38,629 bases of DNA, from the IMG/VR virus record IMGVR_UViG_3300002138_000056. One strand, 5' to 3'. This document shows, piece by piece, positions 19,329 through 28,265 of the stretch. Every line of letters starts with the position of its first letter. Position 1 is the first letter of the stretch. A program made the translations under genes and the position numbers. This DNA comes from a virus. The notes beneath the pieces were generated by a model. That model was not told the origin of the DNA, did not search any database, and saw nothing but the letters and a program-made list of their open reading frames with translations.

Positions 19329-22300
19329 TGGCTAATCTAACAATTGAAGTGGTGGACGGAAATAATATAGACGTCATTGTAGACTCTAGCGTTTCCGGTG
19401 TTGGAATAGAAAGTGTTGCTATTGTTTATGACGATCCTATTTATTATTTAGAATTTACATATACAAACGGCACTACCGAGTTGGTTGAACTACCTGCGGT
19501 GGCTACTGGCGTTCAATCATTTAACACTCGTATAGGCTTGGTAACGCTTGAATCGAGTGATGTAACTGATGCATTAGGTTATACGCCGCCAACTCCAAGC
19601 GGCACAGGGGCAACTGGAACGTGGTCTATATCTATTAACGGCAACGCGGCAACTGTAACAACCAATGCTAATTTAACAGGACCAATTACTTCCGTTGGAA
19701 ATGCAACTTCTGTTGCTGCACAAACAGGTACAGGTTCAACTTTTGTAATGCAAGCCTCGCCTTTGCTTACCACGCCAAACATAGGTACACCGTCGGCGGG
19801 AACATTAACAAATGCTACAGGACTACCTATTGCAACAGGCGTATCTGGTCTTGGCGCAAATGTAGCAACGTTTCTTGCAACGCCATCTAGTGCTAATCTT
19901 ATTTCAGCCGTTACAGATGAAACGGGCAGTGGATCGCTGGTATTTGCGACATCACCTACTCTTGTAACTCCAGCGCTGGGCACTCCGTCGGCATTGATTG
20001 GTACTAACATTTCTGGGACTGCTGCAAGTCTGACCGCAGGAAATGTAACTACAAACGCTAATCTTACCGGCGCTGTGACTTCGACAGGAAATGCTACTTT
20101 ACTTGGGTCGTTTTCTTCGGAGCAATTATCTGATGCTTTAACTAACGAAACAGGAACGGGCGTAGCTGTGTTTGCTACTTCGCCCACGTTAATTACTCCT
20201 GCTCTTGGCACTCCGTCCGCTATGGTTGGCACAAACATTACCGGAACGGCTACAGCTTTTACTGCTAGCAATGTTACAACAAACGCAAATCTGACAGGGC
20301 CGATAACCTCAGTAGGAAATGTAACTGCGATAACCGCTGGCGCAATTATTAACGCAGACATTAACGCTGCTGCTGGCATTGAAGATACCAAACTAGCCAC
20401 AATTGCGACAGCGTTAAAAGTTAGCAATTCAGCAACTACGGCAACATCATCAAACACCGTCAGTGCAATTGTTGCTAGGGATGCAAGTGGAAACTTTACC
20501 GCAGGAACTGTCACGGCAGCATTAACCGGCAATTCCAGCACCGCCACCGCATTGGCAACAGGCAGGACAATTGAAATTACAGGCGACCTAATCTACGCAT
20601 CGCCTAGTTTTGACGGGTCTGCAAACGTCACAGCAGCAGGCACGCTGGCAACCGTAGCAACGGCAGGGGCCACAGGAAGCAGCACCGCCATACCAGTAGT
20701 GACCATTAACTCCAAAGGCTTAACGACCAGCATCACTACGGCAGCAGTCATTGCACCGGCAAGCACCTTATCAGGCAACACGCTAGCGGCAGGCGTTACC
20801 GGCTCGTCGCTGACAGGTCTTGGCACAATTGCTAATTTGTCTGTCACAGCAGGAACAATTTCGACAACACCATCTTCCGCAACAGACATTGCAAACAAAG
20901 ATTATGTCGATACCGTAGCGCAAGGGCTAGACCCAAAAGCCTCATGCGTTGCTGCTACTACAGCTAACATCACTCTATCTGGCACGCAGTCCATTGATGG
21001 CGTTGCCTTGATTGCGACAGATAGATGCTTGGTCAAAAATCAAACAGCGCCAGCAGAAAATGGAATTTACGTTGTTGCTTCTGGAGTCTGGGCCAGAGCA
21101 GCCGACATGAATACATGGGAAGAAGTGCCAGGAGTATTTGCTTTTATTGAACAAGGCACCACGCAAGCAGACACTGGGTGGGTTTGCACAAGCAACGCTG
21201 GTGGCACGTTAGGCACCACTGCAATCACTTTTGTGCAATTTGCCGGAGTTGGCAGTTACACCGCCAGCACTGGTTTAACGTTAACTGGAACGGCGTTTAG
21301 CTTAACTGCGCCAGTCACAGTCGCGCTTGGCGGAACAAATGAAACGTCTGCCGGAATAGCATCATTTAACAACATCACTGGTTACACCGCTACGGGTGCT
21401 ACGGGAACAACAAGCACTGATTTAGTGTTTTCGACTTCCCCTACTCTTATAACTCCTGCACTTGGCACGCCATCTGCGTTGATCGGAACTAACATCACAG
21501 GAACTGCATCTGGATTTACTGCTGGCAACGTAATTACTAATGCAAATTTGACTGGAGACATTACGTCAGTTGGCAATGCTACTACGTTGACCAATGCTCC
21601 AGTTATTGCAAAAGTGTTGACGGGATATATTTCTGGCGCTGGCACAGTGACAGCCACAGACTCAATTCTCCAAGCAATTCAAAAACTTGATGGCAATAAT
21701 TCGACTAACGCTAACTTGACGGGGCCAATAACGTCAGTCGGCAATGTTACATCAATTGCAAGTCAAACAGGTACGGGAACTAAATTTGTTGTTGATACTT
21801 CGCCAACGTTAGTAACTCCTGATTTAGGCACGCCATCTGCGTTGATAGGCACAAATATCACCGGCACAGCAACGTCTTTTACTGCAAGCAACGTTACTAC
21901 AAACGCAAATCTAACAGGTGGTGTTACTTCAGTTGGAAATGCAGCAACTGTAATAACAAATGCCAATTTGACTGGTGGAGTAACGTCTGTCGGCAATGCA
22001 ACAACAGTAGTAACTAACGCTAATCTTACAGGGGCAGTTACTTCAATTGGTAATGCAACATTGCTAGGAAGTTTTTCTTCCGCACAACTAGCAACTGCTT
22101 TAACTGACGAAACCGGTTCTGGTGCAAACGTATTTGCTACAAGCCCTACGTTAGTAACACCTGAATTAGGCACACCGACTACTGTTGTTTTAACTAACGC
22201 AACAGGATTGCCTTTGACTACTGGTGTAACGGGTAATCTTCCTGTTACAAATTTAAATAGCGGCACCGCAGCTTCAGCATCCACATTCTGGCGTGGCGAC

Positions 22301-25141
22301 GCGACTTGGGCTACCCCACCTGACGTAGATACTGGTATTACTCAACTCACAGGTGGAGTGACTGCCGGGCCAGGGAATGGAAGCCAAGTTGCAACAGTAA
22401 TAACTAACGCTAACCTGACCGGAGATATTACTTCCGTCGGCAACGCAACATCATTAGGTAGCTTTTCTTCAGTTACTCTTGCTACCGCATTGACCGACGA
22501 AACAGGCACTGGTGTAGCCGTATTTGCTATTAACCCTTCACTTACAACGCCCGATATAACTGGATTAGCGACTGGCTCTGGTGTAGCTACTGCAAATACT
22601 GCTTCTACTCTTGTTGCGCGTGATGCAAGTGGAAACTTTGCGGCAGGAACAATTACAGCGGCACTTACTGGAACGGCAAGCGGGAATCTAGTCAGTGGTG
22701 GCGCTCTTGGAACACCATCTAGCGGTATTGCCACCAACCTCACGGGTTTACCACTTACTACGGGCGTCACGGGCACCTTGCCCGTAGCCAACGGCGGCAC
22801 AGGATTAACGGCGGGAACATCCGGTGGCGTCTTAGCTTATACCGCTACGGGCGTATTAGCATCATCCGCTGCATTAGCAGCCAGTGCGCTGGTGGTTGGC
22901 GGCGGTGCGGGGGCGGCACCAGCCACAACCACAACCGGCACCGGCGTGGTCACCGCGCTCGGCGTGAATACCGGCTCTGCGGGTGCGTTTGTGGTCAACG
23001 GCGGCGCTCTCGGCACCCCCGCCTCCGGCACAGTAACCAACCTGACCGGCACTGCCTCAATCAATATCAACGGCACCGTAGGCGCTACGACTCCTGCTGC
23101 TGGGGCGTTTACGACGCTGAGTGCGACCTTAGACGCAACCATATACGGCGTGACGGTAGGCCGTGGCGCGGGTGCTATATCGACGAATACGGCGGTAGGT
23201 GCTAGTGCGTTGGCGGCTAACACAAGTGGTTTTAATAATGTGGCTCTTGGTCAAGGTGCGCTTTTAACAAACACTGGTGGCGCATTTAATACGGCCATTG
23301 GGCGTATATCCTTAAATCTTTCAACAGGGGATTACAACACTGCTGTTGGCGGCAATTCTTTACCATCAAATACAACTGGCTCAAACAATACTGCGGTGGG
23401 TGCACAAGCTCTTAACTTCAACACCACCGCCTCTGACAACACTGCCGTGGGTTATCAGGCTGGGTATAGCAATACTACTGCTGATGAGAATGTGGCTATT
23501 GGCGCATTAGCCATGACTAGCACTACTACAGGAAACGCGCAAGTAGCAGTAGGTCGCAGTGCTTTAAGAGATAACACAACTGGTTCTGAAAATACTGCCG
23601 TTGGTAGAACTACGCTTGCTGGAAATACCACAGGAAGCCAAAATTCAGGCATGGGGCGTGGTGCATTACAAAATAATACAACTGGCTCTAGCAATACTGC
23701 TGACGGTGCGTTTGCATTATTCTCCAACACCACCGCCAGCAACAACACTGCTGTAGGTTATCAGGCGGGGTATACAGGTACTACCGCCACACAAGTAACA
23801 GTATTTGGTGTTCAAGCAGGATATACAAACAACGCAAACAACAACGCATTTTTTGGATACCAAGCAGGGTATTCAAATACTACAGGCACAAACAATGCGG
23901 CTTTTGGAGCATATCGCCCTTTGTACACAAATACAACTGGGGCGTTTAATACTGCAATTGGTGACCAAGCACTTCTCTCCAACACCACCGCCAGCAACAA
24001 CACCGCTGTGGGGTATCAGGCGGGGTATACAAATCAAACGGGAACAGGCTTTACTGCTTTAGGCTATCAAGCTGGATACACCGCCACAGGAAACTATAAT
24101 ACTGTAATTGGAAAAAGTGCAGGGGTTGGTTTAACAACAGGCACCAATAATACTTTTATTGGCGTAAACAACGCGGCAGAGGGTGCCGGTCATTATGTAA
24201 CAACTGGTTCATTAAACACTATTCTTGGTGGCTATAACGGCAACCAAGGTGGCCTCGACATTCGCACCGGAAGCAACAACATTGTGCTGTCGGATGGGGA
24301 TGGGACTCCTCAGTTTATCGTAAACGGCATTAACCAAGCGGGATTGTTTGGGCTTCCGTTATCTACTTGGGATTCGAATCGTTATCGTTCTTTGCAGTTT
24401 GGTAACGGTACAACTGCACGGTATTTTTCTATTGCCCAACAATTTACCGCCGCTTGCGCGGGTTCGCTGTTGTGGAACGCCTATGGTGATGGCGACAACA
24501 CGTTTAAGTATGTAGCCGGGGGCGACAAGGCGGCGATGATTCAAATTTCATCGGACGCAGTAAATATCTATGGAGCACCCACAGGCACAACGGGGGGCGC
24601 AATCTCTTGGTCAACCTTGTTAGGCATCCAAAAAGATTACTCCGTTGCACTTCAAGGTGCTTCAGGGCAATCCGGCACAGGCATCACCTTCCCCGCTACC
24701 CAAAACGCATCCTCCAACGCCAACACGCTGGATGACTATGAAGAAGGGACTTTTACACCTACGCTGTCAACATCTGGCACAGTTGGTACTCCTACTTATT
24801 TAGCGCAGGAGGGAGCCTATACAAAAATTGGTAGATTGGTTACCGTTCAAATTCGAGTGCAAATTAACGCTTGGTCTGGATCGCCGACAGGCAATTTGCG
24901 GATTGCTAGTTTGCCGTTTACGGCTGCAGCGACCGGTACTGGTCAAGCAGGTTCCGTAGGTTACATATCCGGGGCTACGTTTTTAGCTGGGTATACTGAT
25001 TTTGGTGTTTTGACGGGCAACGGCACCACATATTGCGAAATAGTCCAGTCAGGTAGCACTCTTGGTGCTACCGCAGTGGCAGCGTCAACCGTTGTGGCGG
25101 CGATTTTTGATGTAAATATCAGTATTTTGTATTTTGTCTAA
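19328..25141 (+). CDS. Giant repeat-rich tail fibre (1937 aa)
   Basis: At least 9 copies of TNANLTG-x-(V/I)TS(V/I)GNAT and about 6 copies of FATSPTL(V/I)TPALGTPSA-x-x-GTNI(T/S)GTA. There is an internal KDYVD...QSIDGV...DRCLVKNQ...NGIY...G-W-RA-D fibre domain, internal LPVANGGTG anchor motifs, an [10 protein letters not shown](S/T)NTT repeat array, and a C-terminal [13 protein letters not shown] domain. Confidence 0.9.
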   Translation: MANLTIEVVDGNNIDVIVDSSVSGVGIESVAIVYDDPIYYLEFTYTNGTTELVELPAVATGVQSFNTRIGLVTLESSDVTDALGYTPPTPSGTGATGTWSISINGNAATVTTNANLTGPITSVGNATSVAAQTGTGSTFVMQASPLLTTPNIGTPSAGTLTNATGLPIATGVSGLGANVATFLATPSSANLISAVTDETGSGSLVFATSPTLVTPALGTPSALIGTNISGTAASLTAGNVTTNANLTGAVTSTGNATLLGSFSSEQLSDALTNETGTGVAVFATSPTLITPALGTPSAMVGTNITGTATAFTASNVTTNANLTGPITSVGNVTAITAGAIINADINAAAGIEDTKLATIATALKVSNSATTATSSNTVSAIVARDASGNFTAGTVTAALTGNSSTATALATGRTIEITGDLIYASPSFDGSANVTAAGTLATVATAGATGSSTAIPVVTINSKGLTTSITTAAVIAPASTLSGNTLAAGVTGSSLTGLGTIANLSVTAGTISTTPSSATDIANKDYVDTVAQGLDPKASCVAATTANITLSGTQSIDGVALIATDRCLVKNQTAPAENGIYVVASGVWARAADMNTWEEVPGVFAFIEQGTTQADTGWVCTSNAGGTLGTTAITFVQFAGVGSYTASTGLTLTGTAFSLTAPVTVALGGTNETSAGIASFNNITGYTATGATGTTSTDLVFSTSPTLITPALGTPSALIGTNITGTASGFTAGNVITNANLTGDITSVGNATTLTNAPVIAKVLTGYISGAGTVTATDSILQAIQKLDGNNSTNANLTGPITSVGNVTSIASQTGTGTKFVVDTSPTLVTPDLGTPSALIGTNITGTATSFTASNVTTNANLTGGVTSVGNAATVITNANLTGGVTSVGNATTVVTNANLTGAVTSIGNATLLGSFSSAQLATALTDETGSGANVFATSPTLVTPELGTPTTVVLTNATGLPLTTGVTGNLPVTNLNSGTAASASTFWRGDATWATPPDVDTGITQLTGGVTAGPGNGSQVATVITNANLTGDITSVGNATSLGSFSSVTLATALTDETGTGVAVFAINPSLTTPDITGLATGSGVATANTASTLVARDASGNFAAGTITAALTGTASGNLVSGGALGTPSSGIATNLTGLPLTTGVTGTLPVANGGTGLTAGTSGGVLAYTATGVLASSAALAASALVVGGGAGAAPATTTTGTGVVTALGVNTGSAGAFVVNGGALGTPASGTVTNLTGTASININGTVGATTPAAGAFTTLSATLDATIYGVTVGRGAGAISTNTAVGASALAANTSGFNNVALGQGALLTNTGGAFNTAIGRISLNLSTGDYNTAVGGNSLPSNTTGSNNTAVGAQALNFNTTASDNTAVGYQAGYSNTTADENVAIGALAMTSTTTGNAQVAVGRSALRDNTTGSENTAVGRTTLAGNTTGSQNSGMGRGALQNNTTGSSNTADGAFALFSNTTASNNTAVGYQAGYTGTTATQVTVFGVQAGYTNNANNNAFFGYQAGYSNTTGTNNAAFGAYRPLYTNTTGAFNTAIGDQALLSNTTASNNTAVGYQAGYTNQTGTGFTALGYQAGYTATGNYNTVIGKSAGVGLTTGTNNTFIGVNNAAEGAGHYVTTGSLNTILGGYNGNQGGLDIRTGSNNIVLSDGDGTPQFIVNGINQAGLFGLPLSTWDSNRYRSLQFGNGTTARYFSIAQQFTAACAGSLLWNAYGDGDNTFKYVAGGDKAAMIQISSDAVNIYGAPTGTTGGAISWSTLLGIQKDYSVALQGASGQSGTGITFPATQNASSNANTLDDYEEGTFTPTLSTSGTVGTPTYLAQEGAYTKIGRLVTVQIRVQINAWSGSPTGNLRIASLPFTAAATGTGQAGSVGYISGATFLAGYTDFGVLTGNGTTYCEIVQSGSTLGATAVAASTVVAAIFDVNISILYFV

Positions 25142-25266
25142 TGTTGCCGCGCTATCAAGGCATCGACACCTCTTTCCTCGTTGCTACGCTGACCGCAGCC
25201 ATCCAAGAACAACAAGCCATCATCACCGCGCTGACAACCCGCATCACCGCACTGGAGGCCAAATGA
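25141..25266 (+). CDS. 41-aa ORF resembling the C-terminal helix of a tail-fibre intramolecular chaperone (S74-type) domain; possibly a remnant
   Basis: [41 protein letters not shown]. Its ATG overlaps the fibre stop (TAATG). It is not in the supplied ORF track because it is under 60 aa. Confidence 0.35.
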   Translation: MLPRYQGIDTSFLVATLTAAIQEQQAIITALTTRITALEAK

Positions 25267-25356
25267 TTAAAATTGATGGAAAAACAGTTGATTTCATCAA
25301 TGCCCTGCAACCAAATTTGTAATCAGGGTCGAACCTGTAACTGCGGAGTACTAACT

Positions 25357-25542
25357 ATGCCTTCAATTCTAAAGTCTAAGACAGTCTGGTATGCGATCAT
25401 CATCGCAGTCCTCAGTATCGTGCAAGGCTATATAGGTTTGCTGCCGATGACGCCGGTAGCACAGATGGTTGTCGGGATTGCAATCTCGGTGGGCATCGTT
25501 ATTTTGCGTCTACTCACAACTCAACCCATAGGGGAGAAATAA
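25357..25542 (+). CDS. Small two-TM membrane protein, holin-like
   Basis: 61 aa from ATG 25357, with GGAG 9 nt upstream. MPSILKSKTVWYAIIIAVLSIVQGYIGLL plus a second hydrophobic helix. It lies at the head of the lysis cluster. The 89-aa track version adds an implausible Cys-rich leader. Confidence 0.5.
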   Translation: MPSILKSKTVWYAIIIAVLSIVQGYIGLLPMTPVAQMVVGIAISVGIVILRLLTTQPIGEK

Positions 25543-25706
25543 TGATTAACTTAGAACTTGAAGTAGCTGAAGTGAACGGCATCCTGCAAGCACTGGGTAA
25601 TATGCCTTTTGCTCAAGTAGCACCGTTGATTCAGAAAATACAATTACAAGCGCAGCCGCAGGTGAAAACCAATGGCGCAGACGGTATCGAAGCACCGGTT
25701 CAATAA
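25542..25706 (+). CDS. Hypothetical small protein (54 aa)
   Basis: TAATG-coupled ORF MINLELEVAEVNGILQALGNMPFAQVAPLIQKIQ... This pattern is reminiscent of a small conserved phage protein. It falls below the ORF-track cutoff. Confidence 0.45.
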   Translation: MINLELEVAEVNGILQALGNMPFAQVAPLIQKIQLQAQPQVKTNGADGIEAPVQ

Positions 25707-25715
25707 GGATTTACT

Positions 25716-25949
25716 GTGGAAAACCAGCATCTGATAAACATGTTTCTTGGCATTGGCATGACGGTTGGCGGCTGGTTTGCAAGAGAGATGTGGGGCGCGG
25801 TCAAAGAACTACGAGCCGACCTTGTAAAACTACGCGAGGACTTGCCGAAAGAGTATGTTTCTAAAGACGATTACCGCGAGGACATTAAAGAAATCAAAGC
25901 CTTGTTAGAAAGGATATTTGAGAAACTAGACGCAAAGGTGGACAAATGA
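25716..25949 (+). CDS. Single-TM membrane protein with a coiled-coil tail (lysis-associated; holin/antiholin or spanin-like)
   Basis: 77 aa with a GTG start, an N-terminal TM (LINMFLGIGMTVGGWF) and then a charged helical segment. It sits inside the lysis cluster. Confidence 0.5.
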   Translation: MENQHLINMFLGIGMTVGGWFAREMWGAVKELRADLVKLREDLPKEYVSKDDYREDIKEIKALLERIFEKLDAKVDK

Positions 25950-26043
25950 GCGAAAGCCCTGCAACCAACGGACATATCAAGCCGGGTGCGAAAATTGTTA
26001 CTGACGCGCCGGTAGGTGTCTTAAATCCTGTAGGCGGTAACTT

Positions 26044-26478
26044 TTGAACCCGCTCTTTATCGGCCCTATCCTTGAGATTGGCAAGGGCATCATAAACAGG
26101 CTGTTTCCAGATCCAGCCGCCGCCGCTGCTGCCCAGCTTGAGCTGCTGAAAATGCAGCAGAATGGTGATCTTGCCCAACTTGCCGCCGAGACTGACCTGG
26201 CTAAACTCCAGATTCAAGTAAACGTCGAAGAAGCCAAAAGCACAAACTGGTTTGTTGCAGGGTGGAGGCCGGGTATTGGCTGGGTGTGTGGAGCAGGGTT
26301 GGCCTACGCCGCGCTGGTTGAACCGTTTGCAAGATTTATCGCAAAGGTTTGGTTTGGGTATACAGGTGAGTTTCCGGTCATCAGCACTGACTTAACTTTG
26401 CAGATTTTAATGGGCATGTTGGGGTTAACCGCCGCGAGGTCGATTGAAAAGATTAAAGGCGGCGAGGCAAACCGGTGA
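26044..26478 (+). CDS. Three-TM holin of the GTA-type family (DUF3154-like)
   Basis: 144 aa. FPDPAAAAAAQLELLKMQQNGDLAQ...QVNVEEAKSTNWFVAGWRPGIGWVC matches the pattern of the 3TM holins linked to gene transfer agent release. It has a TTG start and overlaps the endolysin start (GTGA). Confidence 0.65.
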   Translation: MNPLFIGPILEIGKGIINRLFPDPAAAAAAQLELLKMQQNGDLAQLAAETDLAKLQIQVNVEEAKSTNWFVAGWRPGIGWVCGAGLAYAALVEPFARFIAKVWFGYTGEFPVISTDLTLQILMGMLGLTAARSIEKIKGGEANR

Positions 26479-26987
26479 AAGAGAACTTTGAAAAATCGCT
26501 GGAGCTAGTCTTGCAGCACGAAATGGGCTACGTTCATCACCCGTTAGACCCCGGTGGCAGAACGAATCTCGGCGTTACACAAAGGGTGTGGGAGGATTAT
26601 GTCGGACACAAAGTCGATGAACAAACCATGCGTAACCTCACCAAAGAACTTGTGGCACCGCTCTACCGAAAAGAATATTGGGATGCTGTCCACGGCGATA
26701 AATTGCCTTGCGGTGCTGATTATCTTGCCTTTGATTTTGCTGTCAATGCTGGTGCTTTTCGTTGCATCAAAACTATTCAACGTGCGTTAAACATAACGGC
26801 TGATGGCATCATTGGCCCAGTAACCATAAAGGCTATTCAAGATACAAATGCAGAAGATTTTATTGAGAAGTTTTCCAATGCTAAAGAAAGTTTCTATCTT
26901 GGTCTTGCTAACTATCCTACATTTGGCAAGGGTTGGCTTAATCGCGTTGCAGAAAGCAAGAAAGCTGCCGAGGGAATGCTAGGGTAA
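26475..26987 (+). CDS. Endolysin: GH108 N-acetylmuramidase domain plus a PG_binding_3 domain
   Basis: 170 aa. LVLQHEMGYVHHPLDPGGRTNLGVTQ is the GH108 catalytic-region signature, and the C-terminal ALNITADGIIGPVTIKAI is a peptidoglycan-binding motif. Confidence 0.85.
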   Translation: MKENFEKSLELVLQHEMGYVHHPLDPGGRTNLGVTQRVWEDYVGHKVDEQTMRNLTKELVAPLYRKEYWDAVHGDKLPCGADYLAFDFAVNAGAFRCIKTIQRALNITADGIIGPVTIKAIQDTNAEDFIEKFSNAKESFYLGLANYPTFGKGWLNRVAESKKAAEGMLG

Positions 26988-27140
26988 CCTGCAAGCCTCG
27001 CATTTCCACCGCTTTTGTTTGCCTTTGTTTATCGGAATGTACGCGCCGCCTGCTGTATTTTTGTGCGCCTGGCAGTTGGAACACCACTTGCGTTGAGTTA
27101 GTTTCTCCGTAGCGTCTGCAACTTCTTTGGCTAACGTCAT
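26979..27140 (-). CDS. 53-aa zinc-ribbon protein (CxxC...CxxC), last gene of the leftward operon
   Basis: Hand-translated as MTLAKEVADATEKLTQRKWCSNCQAHKNTAGGAYIPINKGKQKRWKCEACRLP. It is ATGA-coupled to the upstream gene, and its 3' end overlaps the convergent endolysin gene by 9 nt. Confidence 0.45.
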   Translation of the reverse strand: MTLAKEVADATEKLTQRKWCSNCQAHKNTAGGAYIPINKGKQKRWKCEACRLP

Positions 27141-27331
27141 GCTAAACGCTCCTGTAGCGCGGCGGTCAAACGCTCAATTCGCTGGTTGTTGTAAAGCACC
27201 ATGCTTTCTGCGTAGTCCCGCGCAGTTTCTGCCAGCAGCAAGTCCCGCCTTGCCGTGTCTAACTCCTGCGCCATCAACTCCTCGCAAGTTGCGGGGATGT
27301 ATAGTTTTTTGAACCAGTTTAAGAATTTCAT
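27137..27331 (-). CDS. Hypothetical protein (64 aa, helical)
   Basis: An ORF in the coupled minus-strand operon. The ELDTARRDLLLAETARDYAESMVLYNNQRIERL pattern recurs in prophage hypothetical proteins. Confidence 0.6.
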   Translation of the reverse strand: MKFLNWFKKLYIPATCEELMAQELDTARRDLLLAETARDYAESMVLYNNQRIERLTAALQERLA

Positions 27332-27332
27332 A

Positions 27333-27428
27333 TCATTTCCTCAGGGTTGTAAATATTGCCAACACCATAATACCGCCGACAATCAGCAAGGCGATTGCTG
27401 GTGAAAACTCTACTAAAAGATCAATCAT
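27333..27428 (-). CDS. 31-aa single-TM micro-ORF
   Basis: Hand-translated as MIDLLVEFSPAIALLIVGGIMVLAIFTTLRK. It overlaps the stop of the upstream ORF (ATGATTGA) and ends 1 nt before the next ATG. Confidence 0.35.
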   Translation of the reverse strand: MIDLLVEFSPAIALLIVGGIMVLAIFTTLRK

Positions 27429-27591
27429 TTTTCTCTCCCCTACCTATTGGCCCTCTAAACATATAGCCGCTGAACGCCTCCAATACTTTCCCCGCTACCT
27501 CATCCCTTGTCTCAGGTGTGGAATGTGCATCAACGGCTTCCCAAAACATCCTGAGCATGTCTTTACACATTTCGTCGCGTGTCAGTATCAT
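27421..27591 (-). CDS. Hypothetical protein (56 aa)
   Basis: Hand-translated as MILTRDEMCKDMLRMFWEAVDAHSTPETRDEVAGKVLEAFSGYMFRGPIGRGEKND. It is ATGA-coupled to 27588..27875. Confidence 0.45.
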   Translation of the reverse strand: MILTRDEMCKDMLRMFWEAVDAHSTPETRDEVAGKVLEAFSGYMFRGPIGRGEKND

Positions 27592-27875
27592 TTCTCCTCT
27601 CCGATTCCAAAGTGCTTTTTCATCTCGTCCCCCACGCTATAGTGAACACCGAAACCTTCAGAGACATACTCATCCGCGAACCTCGCGCACTCCAGAACAA
27701 TTGCTACCTCCGAAGGCTTTAACACATCTTTACTAGGTTGCCGCCACGGGGTATTCCAACTGCCCTTAACTACAGCGCAACCGCAGAGTTGACAGTGCGC
27801 GTATTGATCTCCTGAGCCTCTATCCGTTTTAGTTACACGGATTAAATGCCCCGTCTTTTCGCATAGTGAAGTCAT
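27588..27875 (-). CDS. Hypothetical protein (95 aa)
   Basis: An ORF with RBS AAGGA. No motif was recognised apart from scattered Cys/His residues. Confidence 0.6.
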   Translation of the reverse strand: MTSLCEKTGHLIRVTKTDRGSGDQYAHCQLCGCAVVKGSWNTPWRQPSKDVLKPSEVAIVLECARFADEYVSEGFGVHYSVGDEMKKHFGIGEEK

Positions 27876-27905
27876 GTGTTTTTATCCTTGAGTCTTGCTT
27901 CTACA

Positions 27906-28265
27906 TCATCCATTAACTGATGTGATTCTGACCAACGACTGAGCAATTGCTTCACGCTCGGCTTGAACGGCCTTCTGAATTGCACGATGAATGTGCTGCT
28001 CCTCTGTAATACGCTGTCGTTCTTGGTAGCGGTCGTACGCCGTTAGTTCTTTCATGTCAGTCATGGGTTGCTCCTTTCGCGGATAGCCTCTGCGCAGTAA
28101 GCCTGAGTCATTACGCCCAACAATATCTTTGATCTCCTCATCCGTCAGACCAACCCACTCCTGCTTCACAACCAAGGGCCACAACTGCCCCAGTGGTGTA
28201 AACAAAGGGTCGTGCTTATCGGTACTAACGTGGTGGTTAGTGGGGTCATACCATGCGATTGTCAT
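27906..28265 (-). CDS. Hypothetical protein with a WVGLTDEE motif (119 aa)
   Basis: ATGA-coupled ORF. It shares the WVGLT(D/E)EE core with the neighbouring gene. Confidence 0.6.
   Translation of the reverse strand: MTIAWYDPTNHHVSTDKHDPLFTPLGQLWPLVVKQEWVGLTDEEIKDIVGRNDSGLLRRGYPRKEQPMTDMKELTAYDRYQERQRITEEQHIHRAIQKAVQAEREAIAQSLVRITSVNG

Noticed and set aside
19579-23748. Long minus-strand ORFs inside the giant fibre gene (for example 19579-20547 at 322 aa, 21763-22284, 22342-22800, 22837-23223, 23455-23748)
   Set aside because: They lie antisense to a clearly coding, motif-rich 1937-aa ORF. Their products are low-complexity Val/Ala/Pro strings, as expected from the reverse complement of Thr/Gly/Ala/Asn-rich repeats. 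No start or RBS context supports them.
19328-25141. Diversity-generating retroelement targeting the fibre
   Set aside because: No reverse transcriptase ORF exists anywhere in the closed genome. I found no near-identical template/variable repeat pair differing at adenines. The repeats are old and diverged by synonymous changes.
25134-25356. Track ORF 25134-25322 (62 aa, His/Arg-rich) and the N-terminal extension of 25273-25542
   Set aside because: The 62-aa reading is an off-frame translation of the region better explained by the 41-aa ORF at 25141-25266. The holin-like gene has a good GGAG-spaced ATG at 25357, and the upstream Cys-rich extension has no support.
25946-26047. 33-codon ORF between the 77-aa membrane protein gene and the 3TM holin gene, as an o-spanin candidate
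   Set aside because: Its translation, MSESPATNGHIKPGAKIVTDAPVGVLNPVGGNF, has no signal peptide, lipobox or cysteine. It may still be a translated coupling ORF, but it is not a spanin.
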